A stretch of 64,000 nt of DNA from Cirrosporium novae-zelandiae (Eukaryota). The DNA lies in NCBI GenBank assembly GCA_026023565.1, contig JAPETS010000046.1, positions 62,001 to 126,000 on the forward strand. The letters run 5' to 3'. A program made the position numbers and the translations under genes. Each line of letters starts with the position of its first letter. Position 1 is the stretch's first letter. Under the pieces are notes generated by a model. The model was not told the DNA's origin. It saw nothing but the letters and a program-made list of their open reading frames with translations, and did not search any database. Below, piece after piece: positions 47,590 to 61,159 of this stretch.

Positions 47590-50500
47590 ATGGATTTCGG
47601 GGAGTCCTCTAACTCCAATAAGGTCACAAGTAAGTCGGAGCCGTGCTGATTACGATATGATTGCGGTGCTGACTTCAAGCCAGTCGAATATACCGACCCA
47701 TCCAATATCTTTCCCATAGTCCAGGAGAGCCTAGCCACTCGACTACCGTTACAAAACCTCCACTGGAAGTCTCCCTCGCGCCCGCTTCGCTCAATTGATC
47801 GACTCGACGTTGAATTTGTATCAGACCAAAGACAACCTGCCTCGACAGACCCCGATGGAGGCTCCACAACAAGCGCAAATCCTAAAAGAAGACATCAAAT
47901 CCCAGGACTACGCCAGACACCTTACGTGAAGGTCTACCTGCTTCGATGCGATGACAATGATACATACAAAAGTACTTGTAGAAAACTAGTACGGGAGTGG
48001 GTCAAGAAACATGCAGCACCAAAGAGCACGACTGCCACCTCTCAAGAAAACCATGACGCATATGATTGGCTCATTCTCCATGTCATATTTCCACCTTCAG
48101 CCACTGGCCCTCAATCAATTAAGAAATGGGGTGCGGATGCGGCCTCCGTTGTTCATGAAAAGATCCGGACAGAATTTAATGGGTCATCCAAATCAGCTAT
48201 CGATCGTGTCGCAAAAATCATTTTACCCCGGTCTGAGGAGGTAGCAATCCCTCCTCCGCCCGACGCCGAAACCAGCTGGGAGGACTTTGTATCTAAGCTC
48301 AAAACATTCATCCTCAGTTCCTTTGACTTGAGAGTCGGCCAATATGAAGAAGATATAAGGGAAAAGGACCTGCAGAGAAGTCTTCCGGGGTGGAACTTTT
48401 GTACCTTTTTTATCCTAAAGGAAGGATTGGCTAGGGGCTTCGAAAGTATGGGTCTTGTAGAAGATGCTCTAGTTGGTTATGATGAACTTGCCCATGGATT
48501 CGAACTATATGTTTCCGAGGAAGCGGGGAATACTGAATCTCAGCATGCTGGAACATTTTTATCTTTCACAAAGTCTCTTCAGGAGGAAGCAAAAGCTGGT
48601 GTGGAGCAAGTTTTAAACCAAGGAGAGTCTGAAAACAATTTAGATGGTCAGTCGGGCGACACGGATATCCAACCTTGTCCCCCAGAAGCTCGACCAATTT
48701 CCTCTGATAAAAAGCCTTATCGTGAACTCATACTGGCGAATGATATTTCATTGTTTGACTTTCGTTGCTATCTTTTTTCAAGACAGCTAACACTGCTCCT
48801 CAGAGCAGCTAACGTTGATTGTAATCCGACACCATCAACATCGAATAATGTCGCGGGGAATACCCAGAACACCCGACCAGTCGATCTCAGGGTTCTTGCT
48901 GAACTCTGTCAAAGGGCAGCCGGGTTTACTACTCTCACAGCTCGAACTTTGCGCAGGGAACTCGAGTCGTCTTTGGAGGAGAAAGAAATTACGGATAATA
49001 CCACATCATGGGCCAAGCAACAGGTCATCGACAACATGATCTCATCTTGGACTTTTGCTGTGTCTCTTCAGGTTCTACAGCAAACAGAAGTTTCTGCTCT
49101 TGTTTTACCTTCGCTGCCCTCTGAAGAACCTCGATTAAGTATAAAAACGAAGGTGCTATCTAATCTTTCAGAGAACTCCGGTTCAGCCCAAGAGAGCCCC
49201 CGGATTATACCTCCACCGCGATTGAGTTCTTTATTCCACAGATCCGTTTCAGATCGAGAGCTTGATGAGCCGACTTCTCCCAATATTCTAACGGCGAAAT
49301 CGCCATCACACCAGCCGTCAGAAACGCTCAAGACAGGCGAAGAGGAACTGGCTGCGTTCCGAGCGCACCTATTCCTTATCTCATATCGCATAATTGGCCG
49401 ATGTGGAAAACCTAGAGGGTGGTTAACAGAATTTACAAGTCTAATAATTCCCGCCTTGGACGGAAATGCCTCTGGAGGGGATTTTCAGGATGTTGGATTA
49501 GATGACGAGGACCCCAAGGCAGAAGAGTCAAACGAGAAGCACATGAAAGATATTCCCTCCTCTATAGGCATTGAATGTTCGACTCTAAAGCTTGCGTTAA
49601 AGAATAAGGAGGATTACTTCCCGCTCGCCGAAGTAAGACATTTGAACCTTTATACGATTAATACTGATGTTCTCCAAGTCAACGGTAGTTCAAGCCCTAA
49701 GGCATTTCTTGAAAGCTCGAAGGACCAAGTCAGCAAAGCGGATGCTCACACACCTGGGTGTTCTGAAATAGTAAGTTATCAGCCCACATCAGAATAAGAT
49801 CTAACGAGATTCCAGCGCTCAAGGTCGATATCAATCGGCCGCCTCCTATTTCCATCAAGCTGCACTTTCATATTCCGAGGGTGGGTGGATATTCCCCGAA
49901 AATTATATCCTTGAACGGTATGCTGCGTGCATGAAACAACTTGGTAGAACCGATGATTATGTCCGAATCAGTCTCAAGGCTATCGCAAAACGGAGCCCGC
50001 AATCTATTCGCGCAAAGAATAAATCCGATAGCACGAGCTTTCAGGATCAACCCCAAGACACCTTACTTGCGGATGTCATTTCCTGTTCAAAAGACTTGAC
50101 AACGGAGATTACAGTTCGCCTACTAGATTACTTTACAGATATAAAAATTGACCGCTATCCGCAACATCATGATCACCAGGACGGGCTTGCTGTCGGCATA
50201 AAACTGCACAGTTTAGTTCCACAAATCCTAGAATTCGACGAAGCCAGGCTGCAGCTGGTGGGAACTAATGAGACATCCGATCGGGAAATTTGGTTTGAGA
50301 ACAAGTCTAAATTCAAGTTGGGTCCCAGGTCAACAAAGCTTCTTGTCACTTCGACCGTAAGCGATATCGTATTCTTTTATGATTCATTTCTAATAGTGAA
50401 TTACAGACAAGCGTGTCAGGTCTCTTCGCTGCAAGGAGACTTATCCTTAAAGCAGGAAAGGTCACCTTGACTTGTGATCTAGCACCAGGTGTGGGGAGTT

Positions 50501-52314
50501 TGCTATCACCTGGTGCTGATGTTGCAAATATTCCCGAAAAGTTCCTTGTATTTTGCTTTCCTGCTGCCGATGCTCTCGATGCAGAGTTTTCGCTGACCAA
50601 ATCAATAAATCTCGGAAAACCTCGAGTTGTCGAGATCGAACTGACCACCGGATGGAACCATGTATCCTCTGGAGAGATACGTGTACGGCCTAAAACGGCC
50701 GGGTTAAGACTCCGGGTGGCGGATGCCACTCTTGTCGAAGGCCAAGTTTCTATTCGAAGCCTTGGACGTCCTGGAATAATTGAGTTTGGAGAGCTTGGTG
50801 CCGAAAAAACCGTCCGATTTGCTATCCCATATACCCTAGAAACAGATCATTCGGACATATCCTTGAAGATCGAAGTCGCCTATACTACGGAAAAGGGCGA
50901 ATTTCTCTTCATATCAAACCCTTCTTTGAATATCATTCTACCGTTGGGGGTTAATGTCCAAGATGTATTCAAAGAACGGGCACTTTTCTCTCGTTTCACC
51001 ATTAGTTGTGCGAGCCCAGTTCCATTAAGAGTTTTTGGGTGCGAAATGTCTGGGGATGGTCCCATTGTGGCTACTCCAGCCCATCCAACTTCTGGGGCAC
51101 TTGATGTTTATCCTCGCCAGCCCGTCTTTCTTCTCTATCGTTTTACGGCCAATGCGGAAATGCCCAGTCCAGAACCTAATCCTAAGAATGTGTTGGCTCT
51201 CACAATTGTCTTTGAATGCCTAGATGAAGTAATTTGCTCGAATGTTAGGAAGAAATTTGAAGGTGCCCTGGCAGCCAGTCCATTTCGACACTTGACTCGT
51301 CTTTTGGTCCCTAATATGCTTTCTATGTTGCAATCACGAATAGGAGGATCAAACTTTGAGGTGGTCAGTCTTTTACGGGAGCTTGACCTAGGACCTTTTG
51401 ATGAGGTTTCTTGGAACGATTGTCTTCGTAGCGTTCCGCCAAAACTTCGACCTACGCTAAATAATTGGCTAAGTGATTGGCACAAGGTATGTTGTTGACA
51501 ACTTTCTTAAGAGGCAATGCTGATATATCCTAGACCAACCAGTCAATGACCCTGCTTGACTCGGATCCAAAAGATGCTCGGAGCACACGAAGAGAGGTTA
51601 TCATTCCCGTAGACATTCCTGAAGTTGAATTTGTGCAAACTGTGGAAATGTGTATCCATTCTAAAGACAAAATATCTCCTGCATCGGTGGGCTGCACCAT
51701 AACCGCAGATCTGAAGATCAGGTGCCAGAGAAAATGGCACCCATCCTCACAAACCAATACGCAGGAGTCCTGGAGGTTCATCTACGAGCTGCAGAACAAT
51801 CCAGATACTTGGTTGGTTGGTGGGCGGAGGAGAGCCAGTTTTGTCATTCGAGTAAGGATTGGCAACCAACATTTGATACGATATCGGCTGATGTTAATAT
51901 TGTAGGAACATGAAACACATACTATACCGGTGGTATTAATCCCCCAGCGACCGGGATACCTTCTTCTACCAGGTGTAGATATTCAGGCCACTATAGAACG
52001 GGATCGCAATCTCAGAGGTTTGTTGAATCCTCTCCGTGATACAATACCAGCTAACCTGATATCTTCAAGATTCCCTAGCAAGTCCTCGAGACTCGACGGG
52101 TGTAGTTGATTTTGCATTTGCTGATAAGAGTGCGACCGCATCTCCCACGCCGGCTCCTACTATACCGTGTGAGGTTGACTACCGCAATAACGGCGAGACG
52201 ATTCTTGTGCTTCCAGATCTTAAAAGCACAACTGTCAGCATCGACCCAGATAGTTTTGCGGCCGGGTGGCGTCTCACGGGTTCGGAAAGCAGAACAAACA
52301 ATCATGTCGGTTGA
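47590..52314 (+). CDS. TRS130: TRAPP II-specific subunit Trs130 / TRAPPC10, multi-exon
   Basis: KVTIEYTDPS, LPLQNLHWKSPSRPLRSI, RRHQIPGL, RSLPGWNFCTFFILKEGLARGFE, ISLFDFRCYLFSRQ, LPLGVNVQDVFK, WLVGGRRR, LIPQRPGYLLLP. Confidence 0.93.
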
Positions 52315-54077
52315 AATGCCAACCGGCGTCATGTTTAATTTATATGATACGGGATTAATCTAAGGAGCCAGATACCAAATGTAAGCTCGTCAAGGACATG
52401 GAACATGACCCATGTTCCATGAGCACAGCCAGTCATGGTGTCCCTCGGCATCTTTAATCGGTGGCTATAGATGTACGAATCCAAATACAGAATGATTGGA
52501 AATGCGTAGAGAGTTGGTTGTTGCACGACATGGCAGATCCAAAAACAATTATCGATGACCAAAGTTAAAGTTCAAGCATTAGACTATTAGATAAGCGTCA
52601 ACGTCAGACTACATTTTTACAAGTGCTCGAGTAACTTGTCAGTACAAAAGTACAAGCACATGTAAATCAGCGTGTTTATTATTATCTATGCAGGGCTTGT
52701 AGGGCGATAACCCTATCTTAGTGAATCTCAGCCCCTTGGCGCCTGTCGTCGGGAGCCAAGGCAGGATTACGGGGGTCAATGGTCAAATCGGTAAAATGCC
52801 CCAACCCACAACAAAGGCCTTAGCCCCATTCCTCATTCAAAGGTCGTCCAAGAAAGTTGGGGTTCGCTTAACACTTCGTTTCTCGACAAGCTAAGCCGGA
52901 AAGGCCAAGTTGGTTCTCAACATGTTTAATTCGACTACCCAACAACTTTGATTTGCATCTCCTTCCTCTCCCTTTCCAGGTCCTGTCTCCTGACTGACCA
53001 CAGGCTTGATAGATGACGGAATTCATATTACCTGATGTTATCGCTCGATGCCGAAGGAATTCAAGCACTTGTCAAAAGTCTATCAGTCCAGCTAGATCAG
53101 ATAATTACGAAACGTCCTTGATTTAGTCTCGAAGGACTTGTACCTGCCTTGGGTGGTAGCTTCAGATGGATGTGATGTCGTCGTGCAGATTGCATCTAGC
53201 TGTGTAGCACCACCTTCGGGTTGGCTTTGCTCGTGACTATGACCATTATCCCATTCCACATTGGCGATGTGGCATCCGCTTTGTATGGTCTTGCTATCTC
53301 ATCGGACAGGCTAATTTTGCATATCATCGGGTTAAACGCCACTACGCTATGCCAAGAAGCTGTTGTCTAGGACTAACGCTGCTAGGAATTCTTCTGATAT
53401 TCATTGATCTTCCCGGGTTGGACCGAGAGAGCAGGCATATGGCTTGTATCAATTGATGAAGAGGAAAAGATAAGAGAGAATCTGACGACTGGTCTTGAAA
53501 GACATTCCAGTCTGAACTTATAAATACCTCAAAAGGATTGGGTTTTTGGATTATCGGGACAAGACGGCTAGAAAGAATTTGAAAGATTGAAAGCGGTGAG
53601 GATTTCCAATACAAATAGTTTTATAGGTTTGTGTATTGTATAACATGTATACGTAGGGTGATAAATGAGGGGGTATAGTAACACGAAAGTAGCTAAAACA
53701 TGGTTATCGATAGCGGAAGTGGTTGAAGCAGGGTGGGGACCTGAAAGGACAGAAGAGAGAGAGAAGGGAATAAGGAATAAAACCAGTTGAGAAACCCAAT
53801 GTGGATCAATGGGGGAAATGGGGGCCTTCTTCGGACCAAGCCGTAAAAATGTCGGAGTTGAGAGGCAAATATCTTTTTCTTATTATTTTTTTTTTTTTTG
53901 ATTTAGGACCATTGTAATTGAAAATGTCAAGACTGGTGGAAATTTATTCAATCGTTGTTCAGTGTTGGTTGGTTTGTATTCTAATTCATTAGTCTGTATT
54001 TTTTCTTTTCTTTGCTGTTTCTTTTCGGTTTTTTTTTTCTTTCTTTGGTTTCCTTGTGCAAAAAAAAGTCTATTAGA

Positions 54078-54228
54078 CCGAGGCCCAAGTGTATTTTTGT
54101 TTTTTTTTGTTTTTTTTTTCGGTTTTCTGTATGGCTTGTTGCAGAACTTGTAGGCTTGGTGTTGGCGTGGCCTATGTTTGGCTTTTTCCTTTACACGTTC
54201 CAGCTAACCAGCACCCTGCAGCCCGAGG
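54078..54228. promoter_or_regulatory. Two CCGAGG (CCTCGG) elements, candidate FarA/FarB (Ctf1) sites upstream of the desaturase
   Basis: CCGAGG at 54078-54083 and 54223-54228 within an otherwise T-rich low-complexity promoter. Confidence 0.45.
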
Positions 54229-54865
54229 GGTCCATCTTCCTTCTTTTTCTCACCAAAAAAAAAATAAACCCTCTCACTTCACATCCCCACCAAAAGGAAC
54301 CAAACCCTACGCCTTGACCGCCTGGCCATCGGTGGTTCCAACCAACACCAAAATAAATGCCCCAAATTAAATACTGCCAATTGCCTCTTCAAAATTCATC
54401 CAAATCTCCCCTTGACACTCTCTCACTCACTCCTCTCAACTCTCAACTCCTCTCAACTCCTCTCCAACAAACAAACAACTCTTCTCACCTCTCACCTCTC
54501 CCTCTCACCTCTCACCATCAATCCTCACTCTCCACTCTCAACTTATACCTAATTCCATTCACTCTTCTTCTAACCCCAGGGTTAACAATTGGCACTTTAT
54601 TCTCTGCACAGGGTGTCCAACGTTAGTCTCTCAAAGAGCCTTCTGGATAATAGCTGTGACAAGAAAGGTAATGATCCTTCGCCTCATGTAGGAGATTGAC
54701 GGCGATGCTGATGTTCAATTGCCAGGTATTCCTTCATAGCTGGGTCTAAAGTCGCTCCCTCGCTCTAGTCTGGTGCTCAGATCCATTGCCCAGAGCATAC
54801 GTATCACCGATCCCATATTCCTTATTCGAATCCTTAGAAACCTTGATCCCAAAATATCTTCAGCA

Positions 54866-56385
54866 ATGACCTCAACAGCTCTTCCGCAAGGCAAATCGCC
54901 TATGCACAGATCAGTCACAAGCTGTTCTTGCTCAAGTCCTTCTTCAACGGCTGCTTCAGCTACTGTCTCTCCATTCGACAGTCCTGTTCATTCTCCTTCA
55001 AACACTTCCTTGTCTTCACTGGGCTCAACAGACCACTCGGGAAAGCTAATCGACACATACGGAAATGAATTCGAAATTCCCGATTTCACCATCAAGCAGA
55101 TCCGTGATGCCATTCCGAAGCATTGTTTTGAGAGATCCGGCGCTACTGGTATGGCTTATGTAGCAAGAGACCTTGCATGCCTTGCTGCGACATTTTACCT
55201 CTTCAACACCTATGTCACACCAGAGTACATTCCATCTACAGCTGCTCGAGGCGCTCTTTGGACAGTCTATTGCTTTGTCCAAGGGCTTTTCGGAACAGGT
55301 ATTTGGGTTCTGGCACATGAATGCGGACATCAAGCATTTTCTCCTTCCAAAGTTTTCAATGACTCGGTTGGTTGGGTTCTTCACTCGGCTCTCCTTGTAC
55401 CATACTTTTCATGGAAAATCTCACATGGAAAGCATCACAAGGCTACCGGCAACTTGGCCCGAGATATGGTGTTCGTTCCGAAGACCCGTGAAGTATACGC
55501 CTCTCGCATCGGTCATAAAGTCCACGAACTATCAGAATTGATGGAAGAAACCCCAATTGCGACAGCAACTCACTTGTTCTTTCAGCAACTTGGAGGTTGG
55601 CCAATGTACCTCTTGACAAATGTCACAGGTCACAACAACCACGAACGTCAGCTTGAAGGACGAGGAAAGGGAAAGCGAAATGGTTTCGGCGGCGGTGTTA
55701 GTCACTTCGACCCCCGCAGCCCCCTATATGAAGCAAAGGATGCCAAACTTATCGCTCTTAGCGATCTTGGTCTCTTTATCACGCTGTCCGTTCTCTATGT
55801 CCTTGGAACGAACTTTGGTTGGTGGAATCTTGCCGTCTGGTACGGCTTCCCTTATCTCTGGGTTAACCACTGGCTCGGTAAGTTTGGCTTGCCATGGGTA
55901 TTATTTTCTTACTGATGTTTTTAGTGGCTATCACCTTCCTCCAACATACCGACCCCTCCCTTCCCCACTACGAAAACTCGGTCTGGACCTTCACCCGTGG
56001 TGCCGCTGCGACCATCGATCGTGAATTCGGTTTCATCGGTCGCTCTCTCTTTCACGGCATCATCGAGACCCACGTCCTTCATCACTACATCTCGCTCATC
56101 CCATTTTATCACGCTGACGAGGCCACCGAGGCCATCAAGCCAGTCATGGGCAAACACTATCGCGCCGACGTCAAGAACGGACCTCGCGGGTTTCTCGCTG
56201 CTCTTTGGCGCAGCGCAAAGATGTGTCAATGGGTTGAGCCATGTGAGGGTGCTACCGGTGAAGGCCAGAGCGTTTTGTTCTTCAGAAACAGGAACCACAT
56301 GGGTGTCAAGCCGATGAAGATGGAGAACCCAGCATCGATAAAGAGTAAAGATGGAAAGAAAGCGATGACTGTTGGAGACGAGTAA
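54866..56385 (+). CDS. FAD2: Delta-12 (omega-6) fatty acid desaturase; exons 54866-55877, 55925-56385; probable 5'UTR intron 54668-54725
   Basis: DTYGNEFEIPDFTIKQIRDAIPKHCF; His boxes HECGH, HGKHH, HVLHH; WVNHWLVAITFLQHTDP. Confidence 0.95.
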
Positions 56386-56699
56386 AAGTCATACAACGGT
56401 TCTCAAGTGAAGATGCAGCTCAACAGACTTTAAATAAGTGCATGTTGGCTGCCACATGCCCCATGCCCAGTTCCTTAGTCGGTACCCGGGATCAAATGCG
56501 GGGTTTAGCCTCCGACATTGCCGGCAACCCTGTTTTTTTTTGTCTTTCTATAGACACTGATTAGCCAGTTTCACGCTTTGGTACCATGCCATTGTTTTTA
56601 TTAGAACAAAGAAATATTTTGTCCAGCATTTATATGGCGTGTTTCCCTACCCCATTCAATATTAGAAAGTTGATGCGGTATAGAAGTTTGTTTGCACTA

Positions 56700-59400
56700 G
56701 TATATATAATCAAGAGCTAAGGAAAAACAAAAACAGAACAAAACAAAAACAAAGAGGAAAATGAGAAATGAAAAATCAGACTTGATGTGATTAAAAAGAT
56801 TAATTAGAAAGAATATTTTTATTCTCTCTCCTTTTTTTATTTTCAAGAGGCAGGGATAGATAGACGTGAATGAATGAGCACGAGGTCTAGAATATCAATA
56901 CCAATACCAACTACCTAAACTACCTAGTCTACCTAGAAGAAAAGCCCAACCCAAACTAAACCATACACGCAAACTTTTTTTCTTTTTTTTACATTATACA
57001 CATCTTCTTTCTCTCTCTCTTATTTTTTTCTTTCTCCATTAAACGTTGAAAGGAAGGACAAGCCAAACATTTCTTTCTTAATAATCAAACTAAAAACAAC
57101 GTAAGGGTTTGAGGTGGGGTTACAATGAATGTCCCTTAGTGTTAGGAATATCTATCATATCATTAATTACCTGGGTACTATACATAACATAATATAACCT
57201 AACCCAGTTGTTACCTCTCCCTCTCCCTCTCCCTCTCTCTCCCTCTCTTTCTCTTTTTCTTTAAATGATATAACACCTTCATAAATTCCACGAAAACTCG
57301 CAGTTCCACATTCCCTATGGGGGGGCGTGGGGGTATAATATCTCCCTACTTTAGGCGGATGGATATATCTACCTTTTTTCTTCTTTCTTTTTCTTTCTCT
57401 CATTTTCTTACCTCTGGGTAATATAAGATATAAAACGTTAAACTCCATATTCCTATATTCTTGAATATTAATTTATTTTACTCATATTCATTTTTTATTT
57501 TTTATGTTGGATTAAGGGATTAGGGGTATAGATTATTTATTTATTGCTAAGGAATTTTGAATTTGAATTTGAAAAAAAAAAAAAAAAAACGGGAGCTCTA
57601 GATGGAATGGGAATGGGTGGGTGGATGGGTGGGTGAATAGATGGAATTTTGTTTGGTTAAGGGGTTTGGTTGGTTAGTTAGTTAGGTGGAGGAAGAGGGA
57701 GGGGAAGGGGAGGAAGATGTTGACGGGTCAGTGGATGTGGATAGGTGGGAGGATTGGAACTGTGATTTTGATTGTTATGTGGTTATGTGGTTATGTGGGA
57801 TATAGGGATATGGGATATAGGATATGGAAGATATGGGAAATGTACGATAATACCCCATCCCATTCCATTATTTTACCCCTTTCATTTACCCCCCTTTATT
57901 TATTTATCTATATATCCATTCATTTAGAGTGAGAGAGGGAAAAAAAATATCTATTTATTTATTCATTCTATTCATTCATTCCATCCACCGAATAGCTACT
58001 GTAGCTAGCTATATATCACAGACATCACTTATCTACTTATAACCTAGATATATCACCACATCCATGCATCTCCATCTATCCATTTATCCCTCTTAGATTG
58101 GAACCCTTCCCCCCCCCCCTATTAGGAAATCCTACCACAAAACCGATTTTTGATTTTTTTTAAATCCTCTCAACAACTTCTCAACCAAGTTCAGATCCAG
58201 GTCTAGGTCTAGATCTAAGTCCATGGATTAGTGATTAGGGCCATCACCCTTTCACATCAAGCACCTCCTATTTCTTTTTTTCCCTTACATCTTCCTTGAT
58301 CCTTGACTTCCCTTAATTACCTCTCTCTCAAAATATACATACATAAATATATAAGTATCCCCCCTTCCCGCCCCGATCCACTCAACACCCATAGATTTTA
58401 TTTTACTTTACTTTCCTTTACTCATTCAACCCACCCCACTCAACCCCCCCCCCCCCCCATAAGCATTGAAAAATATGAAAAAATAATATACACGCTTTTC
58501 CAATTTTTTTTTTTTTTCAATTTTTCAAATAAGCTAGGGAAGGAATCTCCCTCCCCTTTTTTATATCATATTATTTTTCTTTTTATATTTAGAGTTTTCA
58601 TGGTTTGGGTATGAATGGTTATAAGGCTTATATATATATATTTAGAATTTTATGGGGGGGATAGGGGGAATGTAGGGAATAAATTCCTTCAACTGCTGTT
58701 GTTGTTATTTGACTGTTAAGAATAAGAAAGGGAATATATATAGAGAGAGAGAGGTCGGGGGGGGTAAGGGGTTTAGGTAAGGAGTAAAGAGTAACGAGTA
58801 GTAGAGATATTGGCTGTTTAGATATAAAAAGAGAAGAAAAAAAGGTAGAAAAGGTTAATTATGTAGATAATAATAATTCGCTGGATGGGATGGATAGACG
58901 TGGTTAGGTATGTAGGTGGAAGTGGGGGGGGGGGGTATTTTTTATTTATGAGAGAGAGGAAAAGAATAGGAATGGGAATGGGAATGGGGAAATATATATT
59001 CAGCTTAATTATCCTCTTTTTTTTTCTTTCTCTTTCTATCTATCTATCCTGGACCATCCATCCATCTATCTGTCTATCTGTCTGTCTATCAAAATTATAA
59101 AACTTATAAAACTTGTTGACCTTTTTTTGTCATGGATAATGAAGGAAGTGGATAGGTGGATGTTCATATGCGGATATAGATGTAAGTATTGCACCTTGGC
59201 TATCCTATCTCGGGATAGCGTTTGGTTTGGTTTCTGGAGGTATACGCGCTTTACTACTATAGTGGTAAGGAGTGAGAGTAGGAAGGGAGTTACGCCGAGG
59301 AGAAGAAGGGTGAGAAGAAGGAGGAGGAGGAGTAGGAGTAGGAGTGAAGGAAGTACTGTACATAGGCAACGCTTATGTCTTATCGACTATGATTGATGAT
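56700..59400. repeat. Low-complexity intergenic desert 3
   Basis: Poly-A/T/C/G tracts and (CTCTCC)n, (GGTTATGT)n, (GGAATG)n, (ATCT)n repeats; no credible ORF. Confidence 0.88.
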
Positions 59401-59700
59401 TATTCATTATTTCATGTCCATAATGTCTATCGACTATAAAGCTTCCCCCGCCTCTCCTTTCTTTTTTTACTATCGTGATTGTATTTCCCTCTTCCTCATC
59501 GCCAACTAAACTAGCTAACGGGCTAAATTACTTCCAAGTTTCGTTTGGGGATTCTTTTCTTTATTGTTCAAGGAAGGGAAGCAAAGCAAAAAAAAGAAGT
59601 GGTATTAGGTATCGTCTACATATATCTATTGCTGAGACTTGGTAGTTTACTGGTTGTGGCTTCTTTTGCTGGTCTTACCATCACTATCATTATCACTATC

Positions 59701-61056
59701 ATGTCAAACATCCTCAACTGTCCACCTGACCTATCCTTAAATGTCCGTTCACGAGCTTCTCCTAGCAGCTCCACCGATCCAAGGCCCATGGTAGCGGTAC
59801 CTGGGTTCCCAAGCACATTTTCACCCACGCCGATGGAGATGCAAATAGCGAATCCTCGACCGGTCCTCGTGGGCTTCCCCGAAACGGCTCCTAGTGTCCC
59901 CATCGAGGGCCGCCTGACTCTGCGGCTCCTTCCATCGTGTACGCGGATGATGTTCTCTCAGATCCATGTGTCCCTCGTGCAAAATACGAGGGTCAAGAGT
60001 ACCAGCGCCAGTGTCATGAAAGATTTTCTGAAGAAGGGCTGCAAGGTAGGTTTAAAACCTGCTGCATCCCATGTTACTGTGGAGGATGAAATAGGGGTGA
60101 TGGTCGAGGAGCTTGCGCGCTGGAGTGTTCCTGAATCTACATGCGTGGCTTCCCTCGATCGGGATGCGGAGCGACAGGTCGGGTTTGAATTCATCCTACA
60201 GATTCCCGGACACGTTCCTGCGACTACGTATACTAGCATCGGCAGTGTTGAGCATTTCCTCATTGCAACCGCTGTCGTTGGTGCGGGCCGGGTCTTCAAA
60301 ACGAGTACTAAAATTCGTATTCAGCGAGTTGTTCCTTGCCCAAGTAATGACTTGGGAATCTGCTTCTTACGCTGTTGTCCTGATATGAAGCTAACCTCAA
60401 ATTTGACGGTTCCTGTGATTATCAACCCGATTGGCTCCTTTCCCGTTCAGACGATCCTACATGGAACAGTTGTAAGAGGCGAACAGACAACGTTGTGCCA
60501 CCGAGTTGATGAGTGCAGGTGGCGTATTGACGAAATCGTCCGGATCATTTCCGTGTCGAGCCAAGGACCTCGAAGCGTGTCGCATATTCAAGAGTCCAAG
60601 CACCGTGTGCGCAAATTGGCCGGAGGAAAATGTAGGAGAAAGTGGGCAGACCATGGAGACGCTCAGATCAAAATCGATTTCGAGATAGTGCTTCCTCCAA
60701 AGGCGCGGACGACCTGTGATGCACAACCATGTCTAGATCTTCACGGAGAAATTTCATTAAGAAATGCAGGGTCTTCTCAAGACTTTCCTTATTCTAGGAA
60801 GATCGGGATATCGGTTTCCCATGTCCTAGTGCTGGAGCTCGTCATGGTGGAAGACATCTACGAAAAGGAGACCGGAAAGCGAATGAACCTAGATCCATGG
60901 AGGAAATTTATGTATGGTGCGACTTATAATCTTCATATCGCGCAGCGCATCCTTGGTGGTTGTGTCGGACAAGCAGAATCTGATGAAAACGAGTCGTTGC
61001 CAACGTATTCGGACTCGTCGAGGTGGGGACCTCCAGCATATGAGCTGCCTAAATGA
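59701..61056 (+). CDS. Arrestin-related trafficking adaptor, Ldb19/Art1-like, single exon
   Basis: FEFILQIPGHVPATT, WRIDE, VSHVLVLELVMVED, and C-terminal PY motifs LPTY and PPAY. Confidence 0.75.
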   Translation: MSNILNCPPDLSLNVRSRASPSSSTDPRPMVAVPGFPSTFSPTPMEMQIANPRPVLVGFPETAPSVPIEGRLTLRLLPSCTRMMFSQIHVSLVQNTRVKSTSASVMKDFLKKGCKVGLKPAASHVTVEDEIGVMVEELARWSVPESTCVASLDRDAERQVGFEFILQIPGHVPATTYTSIGSVEHFLIATAVVGAGRVFKTSTKIRIQRVVPCPSNDLGICFLRCCPDMKLTSNLTVPVIINPIGSFPVQTILHGTVVRGEQTTLCHRVDECRWRIDEIVRIISVSSQGPRSVSHIQESKHRVRKLAGGKCRRKWADHGDAQIKIDFEIVLPPKARTTCDAQPCLDLHGEISLRNAGSSQDFPYSRKIGISVSHVLVLELVMVEDIYEKETGKRMNLDPWRKFMYGATYNLHIAQRILGGCVGQAESDENESLPTYSDSSRWGPPAYELPK

Positions 61057-61159
61057 TATGTACTGTAGTAGATGTATGAGATTTGGTTGTCACTGCAACG
61101 TAGAGGAGTAGATGGAAGTACGATTGTATTCAGGCGCTTTGAAGTTCTCTTTGCTTTTC

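Noticed and set aside
31706..52069. Several AAG 3' splice acceptors (CTF4, RNH1, antiporter, TRS130 x2)
   Set aside because: AAG is a known minor fungal acceptor; the sample is too small to claim enrichment.
52868..53614. Minus-strand small ORFs and intron-like signals divergent from FAD2
   Set aside because: No homology-like motifs or consistent spliced frame; a lncRNA cannot be supported without transcript data.
59545..59700. Hydrophobic upstream extension of the arrestin-like ORF
   Set aside because: TTG start and low-complexity T-rich leader; the first ATG is at 59701.
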